A stretch of DNA of 64,000 nt from Candidatus Micrarchaeota archaeon (GCA_021852055.1 JAJZOD010000010.1:50770-114769), one strand, 5' to 3'. Shown: positions 9,579-20,116, counted from the stretch's first letter. Made by a program: numbers and translations. The notes: a model not told the origin generated them from the sequence alone.

Positions 9579-10825
9579 TTCCCACCTTTTGATATCTTTT
9601 GTACAAAATCGTCCTCCTCTACATTTGACGTTTCTACATCTGCGCTGCCATCCTTATTGATTTCCGTACTGCCCTGATGCATCGCATCCTTTGGTGCCTC
9701 CTCCTGCTCCCTTATCCTTTTCATCTCAGCCCTCGTTGCAAGCGCAGACCTGATGTACAGCAATGCTATTATTATGACAATTGCAATTATTATATATTCT
9801 GTACTACCTCCGAGGCTTATGTCAGGAAGCGACAGCACGAACCCTGATGAAGCGGCAAAGGTGTTTGTTTTTGAACAGCTTGCTATTATGCCGGTTGTAT
9901 TCTTTAACAATCCGCTCCCATACGCAGAATACTGCTGTGCGCCTGAAAGTGTCACAGGTTTTTGCATCTCTTTAGATTCATTTATCCTTGGTGCCAGATA
10001 GTCCGCTGCGCTTGTCTTGTTTGACGATAAGCAGCCTGATAGCACTTTGGTACTGTTCCTAAACTCAGATGATGCTATGCCTATGTCCTCTGAACCGTTT
10101 ACAACGGCACGGACAGTGGAGTTTGCGTTATCTGCAAAAGCATAAAATGTTGCGTTGCTGTCCTTCAGCTCAGTGGATGCAAAGCTTATGTTGAGAGTTG
10201 CGCCAGCTGTATTGTTACCAATAAGCTGCGACCTAGCTTCTGCAAGCGTATGGTTTACGAATTCGTTGCTCTGCTGTACAGTTGTATTGCACACGCCATA
10301 CGAGCCGCAAACATAGGCGTACTCATTGCCTCTTAATATGTAGCCGGAGTATGCCGATTCATAACTCTCCAATGCCGCCTGTACAGTTGCATTAAGGTAA
10401 TGATTTATAGTAATGCTTATGTTTTCAGACTGCGCAGCCTGCGGGTAGCCGGATGGCACAAGCCTCAGCGTTATGCTCTTTTGCGATATTCCATTCCCTG
10501 AGAACACCGAAAATGCTGGTATTGTTATAAAGCACGTCGTGCTCTTTCCATAACCTACTACGCACTCCCCGCCGCTTATGCCGGATAGCGCTGTGATATT
10601 GTTGTTTCCTGATTCCCACACCGTATAATTATCAAAAAGCTGCGTGCTTGGAGCTGATACTATTATGCCTGCTGTTATGGTGCTGCCATCCTGGCAGCTT
10701 ATATACGTGGTATTTGTCTGTGTGCACCCTGGAGCGCCATTGCCTACATAAATTGGCGCAACATATACATATGCGTAGGCAGCGCACACTAGCGCTGCTA
10801 TTGCAAATATAAGCGTAACCCTCAT
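9575..10825 (-). CDS. Secreted glycoprotein with C-terminal TM anchor and acidic cytoplasmic tail
   Basis: N-terminal signal MRVTLIFAIAALVCAAYA, many NxS/T sequons, a C-terminal TM (YIIIAIVIIIALLYI) and an E/D-rich tail. Confidence 0.65.
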   Translation of the reverse strand: MRVTLIFAIAALVCAAYAYVYVAPIYVGNGAPGCTQTNTTYISCQDGSTITAGIIVSAPSTQLFDNYTVWESGNNNITALSGISGGECVVGYGKSTTCFITIPAFSVFSGNGISQKSITLRLVPSGYPQAAQSENISITINHYLNATVQAALESYESAYSGYILRGNEYAYVCGSYGVCNTTVQQSNEFVNHTLAEARSQLIGNNTAGATLNISFASTELKDSNATFYAFADNANSTVRAVVNGSEDIGIASSEFRNSTKVLSGCLSSNKTSAADYLAPRINESKEMQKPVTLSGAQQYSAYGSGLLKNTTGIIASCSKTNTFAASSGFVLSLPDISLGGSTEYIIIAIVIIIALLYIRSALATRAEMKRIREQEEAPKDAMHQGSTEINKDGSADVETSNVEEDDFVQKISKGGK

Positions 10826-10969
10826 GTACTCATCAACCTACTGAATAAATATGAATTTTTACCTATTTAAACCTGGCACATTAATGCTAAACATGCAAAA
10901 TCCGGCATTGCGATTAACTCTTGACAGCAAAAATCTATTTAAAATAAGGCGCCAGTGCTAACTCAATGC

Positions 10970-11041
10970 AAATATAATATGGCAGTGGCGGAAGGATGCC
11001 ATATTTTACACGGGCACCGCGGGAAGGTCCAACCCTTTTTT
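10970..11041 (+). ncRNA. Candidate small non-coding transcript (class unknown)
   Basis: TATTTAAAATA box at 10936-10946. Perfect 8-bp stem ATATGGCA/TGCCATAT (10977-10984/10997-11004). A GC-rich segment is followed by T6 at 11036-11041. The ends are inferred, not observed. Confidence 0.2.
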
Positions 11042-11190
11042 GCCATATATCCCCTTCAATATTACTATTATAACAAAAGGTATTTAGGCGCTGCAAGCAG
11101 AAAGTTTATGGCGCTTACCGGGCTGGAATTGCAGTACCGCAAAACCACATAGTTATATATAGCTTTTAATATAACAAACCTACTGATTAT

Positions 11191-11460
11191 ATGATAGGAG
11201 CCATAGTTACATCGATGGACGAAGACCATCTTCTTGTAATACCATCAGGAAATGCAGACTTGGAGTCACTCGTGGGACGATCAGCAAGATATGTCGACAA
11301 GTCCGGAAAGATATGGCCTGCTGTTGTTTCATCGGTAGAGGAACCAGGAGTCATAATAAAATTCACTGTCTTTCCTTCGGGGCTTGGACAGGGCCAGATA
11401 GTAGACATAATAGAGGAAAGTGAGGATTCACAGGCATTTCTAAGCAAAGCCGAAGAGTAA
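11191..11460 (+). CDS. Gar1-like H/ACA RNP component (tentative)
   Basis: 89 aa. G-IV...LLV...VDKSGKIWPAVVSSVEEPGVIIKF resembles the archaeal Gar1 beta-barrel pattern (vDk.gk.iG.V.dvfGpv..Pyv.ik). TATA-like box at about 11153-11170. Confidence 0.4.
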   Translation: MIGAIVTSMDEDHLLVIPSGNADLESLVGRSARYVDKSGKIWPAVVSSVEEPGVIIKFTVFPSGLGQGQIVDIIEESEDSQAFLSKAEE

Positions 11461-11585
11461 CCCGGTTCTGCAGGTGCATGTTGCACTGCACATAAGCCTT
11501 CGGAGATGGCATTCTGCTTATCTTTTAAACATTGCGGCAGCAGTGCATACGGGCTGCACTGCTGCGGCATTATCCGTACTTCTAT

Positions 11586-13223
11586 CTACTTCTTCTTCGG
11601 CTGCTGTTTCGCGCGCATGCGCCTTCTTATAATGTACACTGCTGCTGCAATAACAACTATGGCTATAACCACATCGATAAGGGACCCGCTACCTCCATTC
11701 TGCGAAGATATCATTGCAAAATATGGATTAGATCCGGAATACGACTGCTGTGCTGCACCGTTCGGCTGCCTCCAGTTCTCGTAAAGCGTGACAGGATACG
11801 AACCCGGATTACCATTGGAGTCTGCAGATACCTGGAAGTATATTGTTGTAGATTGTCCAGGCGCAAGTTCAGGCACATAATAACTGCTTGTAACTGGCGT
11901 TATAGGGTACTGGCTCTCGAAACTTACCTGTATGTCCTTTGCATCTATGTTGCCTGTATTCTTCAAAACATAGGATATGTTCACGTCAGTCGAACCCGGC
12001 AGTATGGTATAATTGCCCTGAGAGATGCTGAATAGCGAGGAAGATGCAACAGACAACACCAAGCTCTCGTTTTTAGAGAATCTGGACTGGTAGTTTTGTG
12101 TGTAGTACCTCACGTCAGCACCTATGGTTGCATTAGATACAGTATAGTTGCCTGCAGATACAAGGACCTGTTCTGCAGCTGACTGCCCAGGCGCCAAAGA
12201 GCCGATAAAGTAGTTTTTAACTGAGCTTAGTATGCTTACTCCGCCGCTTGGCACAAGGCTAATGCTCACGTTATTTGCGCTGCCTGTACCTATATTTGTT
12301 ATAGAAAGCACAAGGCTCTGGTTATAACCGCGGTACAGCGCTGAGGGAGTAGCCGATGTTATATTAACAACTATATTGGGGTTGTTTATAAGAACGCCTA
12401 CAGGCTCGTTTACTGTTTCGCTAAAAGCTTTTCCATCCTGCGAAAAATACGTGACATACAAAGGTATGGAGTATGTTCCATTATCAAGGTACCTGTCCGG
12501 CTGGTACTCTGCAAGTACTGTCGCAGAGCCGCCTTCGGGCAGCAGGCCTATATGGAACTCTTTACTTCCTATGGCAGTGAAGTTTTCAGTATTCAGCAGG
12601 CTTACTGTAACATTCTTTGCAGTGCCATACCCTGAATTCGATACTGACAAAGTAAGTGTTGCGGGCTGTCCGGGGGTTATCTCCGACACCTGCGATGTTA
12701 TGGTTATGTTGGGTTCGCCATTCACGTAAAAGCTCAGCGGCATTACAGACTGCCCCGTAACTGTCTCAGTGCCTCCTGTTGCAGAAGTAGTGCTTGTCTG
12801 ATAATTTGCCACTAGATTGAGCGAGTATGTTCCTGTTGGCGTGTCCTCTGGTATGTGTATGTTATAAGTAAAGTAGTTGCTTGAGCCCCCGTACAGGCCC
12901 TGTGACATGCTGCTTATAATATACGAGCTCACAGGTGAGAAATTAAGTATGGGATAACTCCCCTGCAGCTGGAGGTTTACATTCTGCAGCGTTGATGAAT
13001 ACGAGTCATAAAGCTGAAGCGTAAGCGTGACATTGTCCCCTGCAACAATCGGGTTTGGCGTTGTCTGCAGATTGTATACCGATAATGCACTGCCTATGCT
13101 CTGTGCACCCACAACCGTCGGCATAAGAACTGCCAACATAATACCTGCAAACATTCCAACCTTTATTCTATTTTCCATAAAACCACTTTGAGCATTTATT
13201 TTCAATAATACTGTTATCAACAT
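11586..13223 (-). CDS. Secreted multi-domain CARDB/COG1361-type (S-layer-domain) protein with C-terminal TM anchor
   Basis: Four repeats of the pattern xxTLxLxxxNxGxGxAxNVxVSL, a signal peptide (MFAGIMLAVLMPTVVGAQS), and a C-terminal TM plus basic tail. The true start may be ATG 13178. Confidence 0.7.
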   Translation of the reverse strand: MLITVLLKINAQSGFMENRIKVGMFAGIMLAVLMPTVVGAQSIGSALSVYNLQTTPNPIVAGDNVTLTLQLYDSYSSTLQNVNLQLQGSYPILNFSPVSSYIISSMSQGLYGGSSNYFTYNIHIPEDTPTGTYSLNLVANYQTSTTSATGGTETVTGQSVMPLSFYVNGEPNITITSQVSEITPGQPATLTLSVSNSGYGTAKNVTVSLLNTENFTAIGSKEFHIGLLPEGGSATVLAEYQPDRYLDNGTYSIPLYVTYFSQDGKAFSETVNEPVGVLINNPNIVVNITSATPSALYRGYNQSLVLSITNIGTGSANNVSISLVPSGGVSILSSVKNYFIGSLAPGQSAAEQVLVSAGNYTVSNATIGADVRYYTQNYQSRFSKNESLVLSVASSSLFSISQGNYTILPGSTDVNISYVLKNTGNIDAKDIQVSFESQYPITPVTSSYYVPELAPGQSTTIYFQVSADSNGNPGSYPVTLYENWRQPNGAAQQSYSGSNPYFAMISSQNGGSGSLIDVVIAIVVIAAAVYIIRRRMRAKQQPKKK

Positions 13224-13242
13224 TCTGATCCATTCTAATCTT

Positions 13243-14358
13243 CTAATCTATAGTCTTCTTGAATAGCAGGAAGCTGAGCAACACTATGACCAGGGAGAAC
13301 ACAGCAATGACCGATATGTCAAGCAGCATCTCCTGCGGTATGACATAGCCTGCAAGCATAACCTGCCTTATTGCCGATGTAGCGTATGTCAGCGGATCTC
13401 CTACGCTGAAAGGCTGCAGAAACGCAGGGAATGAGGATGCCGGGAAGAATGCTCCAGAGAGAAACCATGTCGGCAGCGTTATCATCTGTGCGACTATTGC
13501 ATACTGCTCTATGGCCTTTATCCTTGATGCTATAAGCAGTGCAAGGGCACTGAACGCAAGCGCCACAAACAGTATTATTATGAATATCCATACAAAGCCC
13601 ATTATCCCCATGGTTATCTGCGCACCGAACAGAAGCCCTAAAAGCACCGCAAGAAAACCATAAAATATGGACTGCACCGTTCCGGACATCATCTTGCCCA
13701 TAACTATCGCGTTTTTGTTTATCGGTGCTATGAGGAAGGATTTTATGCTGCCTAGCTGCCTGTCCAGTATTGTTGAAAATCCGCCGCTGAATATGCCTCC
13801 GAAGGCGACAGCCATAATTATAACACTGGCTATAAGAAAGTCGCGGTAACTTGTCGTTGCCCCAGAGGTGGGCTGTGCAACTACTAAATTATCCGAGGAC
13901 TGTGCAGCCTGCGACTGGCTGCTTACTACGCTTCCATAGTTGGCTGCCGCATTTTCAATGAAAGGCAGCGCTACGCCTATGGATGAAAACTGCGTATTTG
14001 CATAATAAATGTATACGCCAGGCGCAGTACCAGAGTTGGGAAATGTAGGCAATATTACTATTGTTATATATACCTGCCCTGAATGCAGAAGGTTCATTGC
14101 CGTTGCCTGGTCAGTTATGGCATATACTGAAAGAGTGCCCTGCGCTTCAAGGGCGTTTATGAACTGCATAGACTGCTGGTTATTGGCATAGTTGGTTATG
14201 GCGACAGGCACATTTGTTATGCTATTGCCAAGCTGCCCAAAAAACAGTATTATAACTAGAGGAAACATCATTGAGCGTATTATGTTAACGCGCAGGCTGC
14301 TTTTAAATATAAGCATCTCCCTAGTAAATATTGTAAATGAATCAGACATAAGTCCCAT
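13243..14358 (-). CDS. ABC-2 type transporter permease
   Basis: One N-terminal TM, a large extracytoplasmic loop and five C-terminal TMs, which is typical of ABC-2 permeases. ATG 14358 abuts the ATPase stop (14360). Confidence 0.8.
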   Translation of the reverse strand: MGLMSDSFTIFTREMLIFKSSLRVNIIRSMMFPLVIILFFGQLGNSITNVPVAITNYANNQQSMQFINALEAQGTLSVYAITDQATAMNLLHSGQVYITIVILPTFPNSGTAPGVYIYYANTQFSSIGVALPFIENAAANYGSVVSSQSQAAQSSDNLVVAQPTSGATTSYRDFLIASVIIMAVAFGGIFSGGFSTILDRQLGSIKSFLIAPINKNAIVMGKMMSGTVQSIFYGFLAVLLGLLFGAQITMGIMGFVWIFIIILFVALAFSALALLIASRIKAIEQYAIVAQMITLPTWFLSGAFFPASSFPAFLQPFSVGDPLTYATSAIRQVMLAGYVIPQEMLLDISVIAVFSLVIVLLSFLLFKKTID

Positions 14359-14359
14359 T

Positions 14360-15358
14360 TTATCTGCTCCTCCACATCTTGGCCCTCTGATCAACATTCT
14401 GTCCTGACGCAGTATCCCTGAAATCGTTGCCTGTAAGTTTTATAAACACATCATCAAGCGTAGGCAGGTGCATGCTGAATGCGAGTACATCGCTGCCCTC
14501 TTTTTCAAGCATCTGCGCAATTTTTATTGATATGGACAATGGCTTTTTCTGAATGTCAGCCTTTATCTTGTCTCCATCAACTTCAGTATCTATGCCAAAT
14601 TTTGATTTTATCATTTTGCTTATCCTCTCAACCTCGCTGTCCTTTACTGTTATTTCAAGTATATTTCCTTCAGAAGCAAGCCTCTTGAGCTCGGAGGCAG
14701 TGCCAAGCGCCTTTATCTCCCCATGGTCTATTATCGCTATCCTGTCGCATAGTGCGTCAGCCTCCTCGAGGTACTGTGTTGTAAGTATAACAGTTATGCC
14801 CTTCTCATGCAGTGATGTTATGTGATCCCACATGCTTACCCTGCTCTGTACATCGAGCCCGGTAGTAGGCTCGTCAAGTATGAGTATCTTGGGTTCTTGT
14901 ATCATTGACCGTACGAGACTGAGCCTGCGCTGCATGCCTCCTGAGAACGTGCCTGCTGCCGTATCACCGAAGTTCGTCAGCGCAGCCTCTTCAAGCGACT
15001 CCTCCACCCTTTGCTCTACGCGCTCTTTTGGCATGTGGTACAGCCTTGCAAAAAGCCGCAGATTGTCGCGCGCAGTAAGCGCATTCTCAACAACCGTTTC
15101 CTGCGTCATAAATCCTATCATCTGCTTTATCCTTAACGAGTCCCTGTTTATGTCAAGGCCTTCAACTGTTATTTTTCCGGATGTTGGCGTAAGGATACCC
15201 AGAAGCATATTAAGTGTTGTAGTCTTTCCTGCACCGTTAGGCCCCAATATGCCGAATATCTCGCCTTTCTTAATTTCAAGGCTTATGCCCTTCACTGCCT
15301 GAAAATCACCGAAGCTCTTCTTCAGGTTGCTTATCTCAACCGCATACTCTCCAGGCAT
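14360..15358 (-). CDS. ABC transporter ATP-binding protein (DrrA/CcmA-like)
   Basis: Walker A GPNGAGKTT, signature FSGGMQRRL, Walker B ILILDEPTTGLD. Confidence 0.92.
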   Translation of the reverse strand: MPGEYAVEISNLKKSFGDFQAVKGISLEIKKGEIFGILGPNGAGKTTTLNMLLGILTPTSGKITVEGLDINRDSLRIKQMIGFMTQETVVENALTARDNLRLFARLYHMPKERVEQRVEESLEEAALTNFGDTAAGTFSGGMQRRLSLVRSMIQEPKILILDEPTTGLDVQSRVSMWDHITSLHEKGITVILTTQYLEEADALCDRIAIIDHGEIKALGTASELKRLASEGNILEITVKDSEVERISKMIKSKFGIDTEVDGDKIKADIQKKPLSISIKIAQMLEKEGSDVLAFSMHLPTLDDVFIKLTGNDFRDTASGQNVDQRAKMWRSR

Positions 15359-15370
15359 ATTATCACTTCG

Positions 15371-15739
15371 TCATTCAAATTCGCTTACAAGCAATTTCAT
15401 CTCTTTTATCAGCTGAAGTATTATCCTCTTTGATCTGTGCACCATGCTCCTGCCCTGTGGCGTGAGTTTGTAGTGCTTCTGGACCTTCCCTCCAATCAAC
15501 GCTGAGCTGCTTTTTACATATCCGCGTTTTTCAAGGGCATTGAGAGCATTATAAATCTCGTTTTTTGTTATCTGAAACGGCACATGCCTGTGCTGCTTTA
15601 AAATCTTAAGTATGGCATATGGATAGTCGTTGCCTTTTGCTATGGCACGCATGAGCATGAGCTTGAGTATGCCCTTCTTCATGCTACTGCCTATCCTAGA
15701 CTTTTCATCGATTATCTCCCTGTTCCCGTCCACTTTCAT
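15371..15739 (-). CDS. PadR-family transcriptional regulator
   Basis: YPYAILKILK...NEIYNALNALEKRGYVKS...GGKVQKHYKLTPQG matches the PadR wHTH pattern. It is the first gene of the ABC operon. Confidence 0.85.
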   Translation of the reverse strand: MKVDGNREIIDEKSRIGSSMKKGILKLMLMRAIAKGNDYPYAILKILKQHRHVPFQITKNEIYNALNALEKRGYVKSSSALIGGKVQKHYKLTPQGRSMVHRSKRIILQLIKEMKLLVSEFE

Positions 15740-15752
15740 ACCTCCAAGCTAA

Positions 15753-15776
15753 AATAGTTTAAAATTAAACTATTTC
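15753..15776 (-). promoter_or_regulatory. Perfect 10-4-10 palindrome AAATAGTTTA-AAAT-TAAACTATTT in the padR promoter
   Basis: Read directly. It lies 14-37 bp upstream of the padR ATG (15739), overlapping the expected TATA region. Likely an autoregulatory operator. Confidence 0.45.
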
Positions 15777-15973
15777 ATATGGTATTTGGTGCATAAAATA
15801 TAAATACCTGCTGCATTATCCGCATGCATTGCTGCAAAACCAAACCAGGCTCCACATAGGAAAAGCCGTCAGAGAGAGCTCAAGCCTATAACCTGCAAAA
15901 TACGCTCCACAGCAAAACGTATAAAGATAGCCTTACATAATCATATGTATTTTCTTGTACATTTAGTGGTGTC

Positions 15974-18814
15974 TTGATAGATTACAAAGCAGTAGAGGAA
16001 AAGTGGCAAAAAGCGTGGCGCGATGCAAAGATATTCGAGCCCGGGGTGAGCGACAGGCAGCCATATATGGTAACTGCTGCATTTCCTTACACAAACGGGC
16101 CTCAGCACATTGGCCACCTGCGTACATATGCTACTGCCGATGTCCTGGCAAGGTACAAGCGTATGAAGGGCTTCAACGTATTGTACCCTATGGGTTTCCA
16201 TCTTACTGGCATACCGATAATCTCTCAGGCAAACAAGCTCAAGGAAGGCGATCCAGGGGTCATAAAAGACTTTAAGTCATTCGGAATACCTGAGAACGAG
16301 ATAGAAAAGATGAAGGACCCTTTGTACATGGGCAACTACTTCGCAAACTCTGCAAAGAACAGCATGATGCTTGCCGGATACAGCATAGACTGGACAAGAA
16401 GCTTAAATTCAATAGAGCCGAGCTTCAGCAAAATGGTAGAATGGCAGTTCGGTCTGCTGAACAAAAAAGGCCATCTTGTTCAGGGACGGCATCCTGTGGG
16501 CTGGTGCCCAAAAGACGGCGGTGCAGTAGGCATGCATGACACAAAAGGTGATGTAGAGCCCGAGATAGAGAAAGAGACAGCAGTGAAGTTCAAGGTCGTA
16601 GGCGAAGAGTATTCAATACTATGCGTCACGTTCCGGCCTGAAACTATACAGGGGGTAACAAACCTGTTTATAAATGAAACAGCCGTATACGCTATCTGCC
16701 GTTCAGGCCCAGATACCTACTGCATCTCTCTGCAGAGCATGGACTCCCTGAAATATCAGATAGAGCTTGTCAAGATAGCAGAGCTTAAAGGAAGCGAGCT
16801 TCTGTCAAAAAGATGCATAAACCCTTTTAACGGCAGCAGTATACCAATTTATCCGGGATATTTTGTAAAGGAAGACATCGGGACCGGTGCAGTGATGAGC
16901 GTGCCGGCACATGCGCCTTTTGACTATGTTGCCATTGAAAGGCTAAAGAGCTCGGGGTATCCTATCGGCGAGTTAAAGCCTATTGTTGTGGTTTCAATGC
17001 CAAAACCCGATGCAAAGCCCAGCGGTAATGTTGCGTCAGATGTGCCTGAGCTTGAACTGCCGGCGCTCAAATATCTCAGGGCTGTGAATGCCGGAATAAA
17101 TTCCCCAGATGAAGATATAGAGAAAGCGACAAAACTGGAATACAAGGAAGAATCGTACAAGGGCATAATGGCAGTAAAAGAGTATGAGGGAATGCCGGAG
17201 CAGGAGGCCAGGGACAGAATAGCAGAATCGCTTATCAAATCATCTGCCGCAATTGAGGTATATGCACTTGTAAATGATAAGCCAGTTTTTTGCAGATGCA
17301 TGACTCGGGTCGTTGTAAAGGTTGTTGACAATCAGTGGTTTATTAATTATGGCAATGAGGAGTGGAAATCAGCTGTAAGAGAGCATCTCTCAAAAATGAA
17401 TATATTCCCGGAAAAAAGCAGGAGCGCATTCGAATCTGCCATAGAATGGATTAATCTCAGGGCTGTTGTACGCGCACAGGGTCTTGGTACAAGGTTCCCT
17501 ATAGACCCTACCCACATAATAGAATCCCTCTCAGACTCGACAATTTATATGGCATTTTACACCATCAGAAACCTGATCAGGGGAGTTGACCCAGAGAAGC
17601 TTAAGCCAGAGTTCTTTGATTATGTTTATCTGGGCGAAGGCAATCCGCAGGCAGTCTCAGACTCAACAAGCATAGACTACGATATTATTAAAAAGTGCAG
17701 GGAGTCATTCACCTACTGGTACTGTGATACATCACGCCACTCTGCGCTTGAGCTGATATTCAACCACCTGTCTATGTACCTGTTCAACCACGTCGCCATA
17801 TTCAAAAAAGAGAACTGGCCTAAACAGATAGTTGTAAACGGCATGGTTCTCATGGAAGGAGAAAAGATGAGCAAAAGCTTAGGAAACATAATAACCCTTG
17901 ATAACGGGTTCAAGAAGTTCGGCGTTGATCCTGCTAGGCTGGTTGTTGTTGCAAGCACTGATCTTTTCAATGACTCGAATTTCATGGAGGATTCGGTAAA
18001 CGGAGTCAAGGAGCGCTTTGAGTACATTAATGACGTATGCCTTCAGCTTGAAAAACTGGAAACAGGAGAGCTCAGGCAGACAGACTACTGGCTATATTCG
18101 AGGCTTAACAGAAAGATAGATGTGATAAGCAAGGCAATGGAAGAGCTTGAGCTGCGTGCTGTGTCAACTGAACTCTTATACAATACGGCAAAGGAACTGC
18201 GTAGATACTTTGCAAGAGGCGGAAAAAACAGTGTTGTAGTGCGCGATTACGTGTCTAGCATAACGCTCATGCTGCAGCCCATAGCACCCCACATATCTGA
18301 GGAATTATGGCATATTCTAGGCAATGACTCATTTTCATCTGCAGAACGGTGGCCTGTTGCTGACGCAAGCATGATAAATGGGAAAATTGAGGATCAGGAA
18401 TTATTAGTAGACAACGTCATAGAAGATGCAAAACAAGCTTCAGCGCTCATGTCTAAAAAATTTGGGAAAAAGCCTAAACTAATGAGGATTATAGTTGCAA
18501 ACCAGTGGAAGTCGGACATGTTGAATTCATTTGCCAAAAGCAAGAACATTGGCGAATCGGTAAAAGCTGCTGTTGCTGCCGGAGCAGATGTAGCGCAAGC
18601 GCAGCGTTTTGCCGAAGGCCTTGCAAAAAAAGCCAATGAGGTGCACGAAATGCGGCTCAGTGAAAATGACGAATTCGAATCTCTTTCAGGTGCAACCGAG
18701 TACATCGCAGCTATGCTTGGATGCAATATATCCATAGAACAGGAAAGTCAATCCAAATCGCAGCGTGCTCAGCGGGCATCACCCATGAAGCCAAGCATAG
18801 ACATCGAAACCTGA
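15974..18814 (+). CDS. leuS: Leucyl-tRNA synthetase (archaeal type)
   Basis: 946 aa. HIGH-type motif PHIGHLRTY, KMSKS present, and a CP1 editing insertion. The TTG start is preceded by GGTG. Confidence 0.95.
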   Translation: MIDYKAVEEKWQKAWRDAKIFEPGVSDRQPYMVTAAFPYTNGPQHIGHLRTYATADVLARYKRMKGFNVLYPMGFHLTGIPIISQANKLKEGDPGVIKDFKSFGIPENEIEKMKDPLYMGNYFANSAKNSMMLAGYSIDWTRSLNSIEPSFSKMVEWQFGLLNKKGHLVQGRHPVGWCPKDGGAVGMHDTKGDVEPEIEKETAVKFKVVGEEYSILCVTFRPETIQGVTNLFINETAVYAICRSGPDTYCISLQSMDSLKYQIELVKIAELKGSELLSKRCINPFNGSSIPIYPGYFVKEDIGTGAVMSVPAHAPFDYVAIERLKSSGYPIGELKPIVVVSMPKPDAKPSGNVASDVPELELPALKYLRAVNAGINSPDEDIEKATKLEYKEESYKGIMAVKEYEGMPEQEARDRIAESLIKSSAAIEVYALVNDKPVFCRCMTRVVVKVVDNQWFINYGNEEWKSAVREHLSKMNIFPEKSRSAFESAIEWINLRAVVRAQGLGTRFPIDPTHIIESLSDSTIYMAFYTIRNLIRGVDPEKLKPEFFDYVYLGEGNPQAVSDSTSIDYDIIKKCRESFTYWYCDTSRHSALELIFNHLSMYLFNHVAIFKKENWPKQIVVNGMVLMEGEKMSKSLGNIITLDNGFKKFGVDPARLVVVASTDLFNDSNFMEDSVNGVKERFEYINDVCLQLEKLETGELRQTDYWLYSRLNRKIDVISKAMEELELRAVSTELLYNTAKELRRYFARGGKNSVVVRDYVSSITLMLQPIAPHISEELWHILGNDSFSSAERWPVADASMINGKIEDQELLVDNVIEDAKQASALMSKKFGKKPKLMRIIVANQWKSDMLNSFAKSKNIGESVKAAVAAGADVAQAQRFAEGLAKKANEVHEMRLSENDEFESLSGATEYIAAMLGCNISIEQESQSKSQRAQRASPMKPSIDIET

Positions 18815-19132
18815 TAGGCTAAGCCATTCCTAGAAGTTATAGTATTGCAGCACTGTGCTGATATGGATATTATTACAATACTATACTTTACAATATTATA
18901 CTGCCCTTAAATCAGGCACCTTAACTGCCGCCTAACCTCTAAGCTCTAAGTCCAATTTTGCATAATAGCTCCCTAATGTATTATTTTAAGCATTGTCGTT
19001 AGAAAATTATTTTCGTATAGTAGAATTTCCAATATTTATAGAAAGGCATATATACTATATTGTAAAAATATTACTAAATGTGCAAAATACCAGCAGAAGA
19101 AAGATAAGACCCCAAATGCAACGGAGTCTGAC

Positions 19133-19387
19133 ATGCTTGGTATTTTAAAAGTGATAATTATGGAAGACCGCAAACAGAATGCCGCGATGCAGATAAAAAA
19201 GCAGAAGAGGATAATAATGCATAAACAAGAACGTATCGTCAGGGATCTTGGTGACATTGAGCATGTAATCGAATCTGAAACTCGCAAGAAGCATAATCCT
19301 ACTGCATTCTATTTCAGCACGATGTACAACAAGACAAAAAGAATGAGAAACAAGATAATCTCGGATCTAAGGCTAGAATCAGATTAA
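19133..19387 (+). CDS. Hypothetical small basic protein
   Basis: The only support is the ORF and its charged helical composition. A start at internal MEDRK (19160) is possible. Confidence 0.3.
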   Translation: MLGILKVIIMEDRKQNAAMQIKKQKRIIMHKQERIVRDLGDIEHVIESETRKKHNPTAFYFSTMYNKTKRMRNKIISDLRLESD

Positions 19388-19483
19388 ATCTGCTCTGGAA
19401 ATTTATGCTATTACGCTATTTATAAGTTATTTTAATTATACAGATGCGCAAATGTAACAACATGCAAGGATAGAAGTGATTAA

Positions 19484-20032
19484 TTGGCCAGATATGTTAA
19501 AGTACAACGTTCTTTTTACGAGCGCATAGAAGAGCAGAAAAAGAATCCTGTTTTCGTAAATGACTATTCAAAGTTATCCGAGCTTCCTATTCACTGCCTT
19601 GTTGCTGAATTCGGCAACAACGGCAACCGTGGTTTTGCGATAAGGCACTTCAATGCCAATCTGTTGATGCCTGGGGGGTTTGTACAGACTACAGCGTTTG
19701 CAGACCCAACAGCATTTGTGGGCGTGAACTCTCTTGTCCTTAATCGTGCGCGCGCTTTTGAAGATGTAAGCCTCACTAATTATTCTATACTATGCGGCAG
19801 GGCAACTATAAGAGGTGCCGTGTCAATGGAAGACTATGCAGTAGTATCTGGTTACATTACATTATGGGGACGCTTAATAGTTAAAGGTGGAGCTGTATTT
19901 CCTAAAGTAGGCGTATATGGAAGCATATCCCCTTTAGTTATAACCCAACACAACGGCTGTAAAGATTCCCTTATAAGATCTGTTGACGGCAATAAGCTAT
20001 TAAAAAATCTTGCAAAAGAAGTGCGTAGATAA
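19484..20032 (+). CDS. Hypothetical protein with beta-helix-like repeats
   Basis: TTG-initiated ORF. The C-terminal half (RATIRGAVSMEDYAVVSGYITLWGRLIVKGGAVF) looks like hexapeptide/bactofilin-type repeats. No confident family. Confidence 0.4.
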   Translation: MARYVKVQRSFYERIEEQKKNPVFVNDYSKLSELPIHCLVAEFGNNGNRGFAIRHFNANLLMPGGFVQTTAFADPTAFVGVNSLVLNRARAFEDVSLTNYSILCGRATIRGAVSMEDYAVVSGYITLWGRLIVKGGAVFPKVGVYGSISPLVITQHNGCKDSLIRSVDGNKLLKNLAKEVRR

Positions 20033-20116
20033 AATCGACAATGACTTATAGCCGGATAACAAAGCTGCATACGAATGCTTAAATAAATTCTTTTTCTATA
20101 CGCAACTGGTGTTGCG

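Noticed and set aside
10955-11152. 65-aa ORF in the gap upstream of the Gar1-like gene.
   Set aside because: It spans a TATA-like box, a perfect hairpin and a T6 tract, and it has an implausible Y/C/H-rich sequence. The region is better explained as non-coding, possibly a small RNA.
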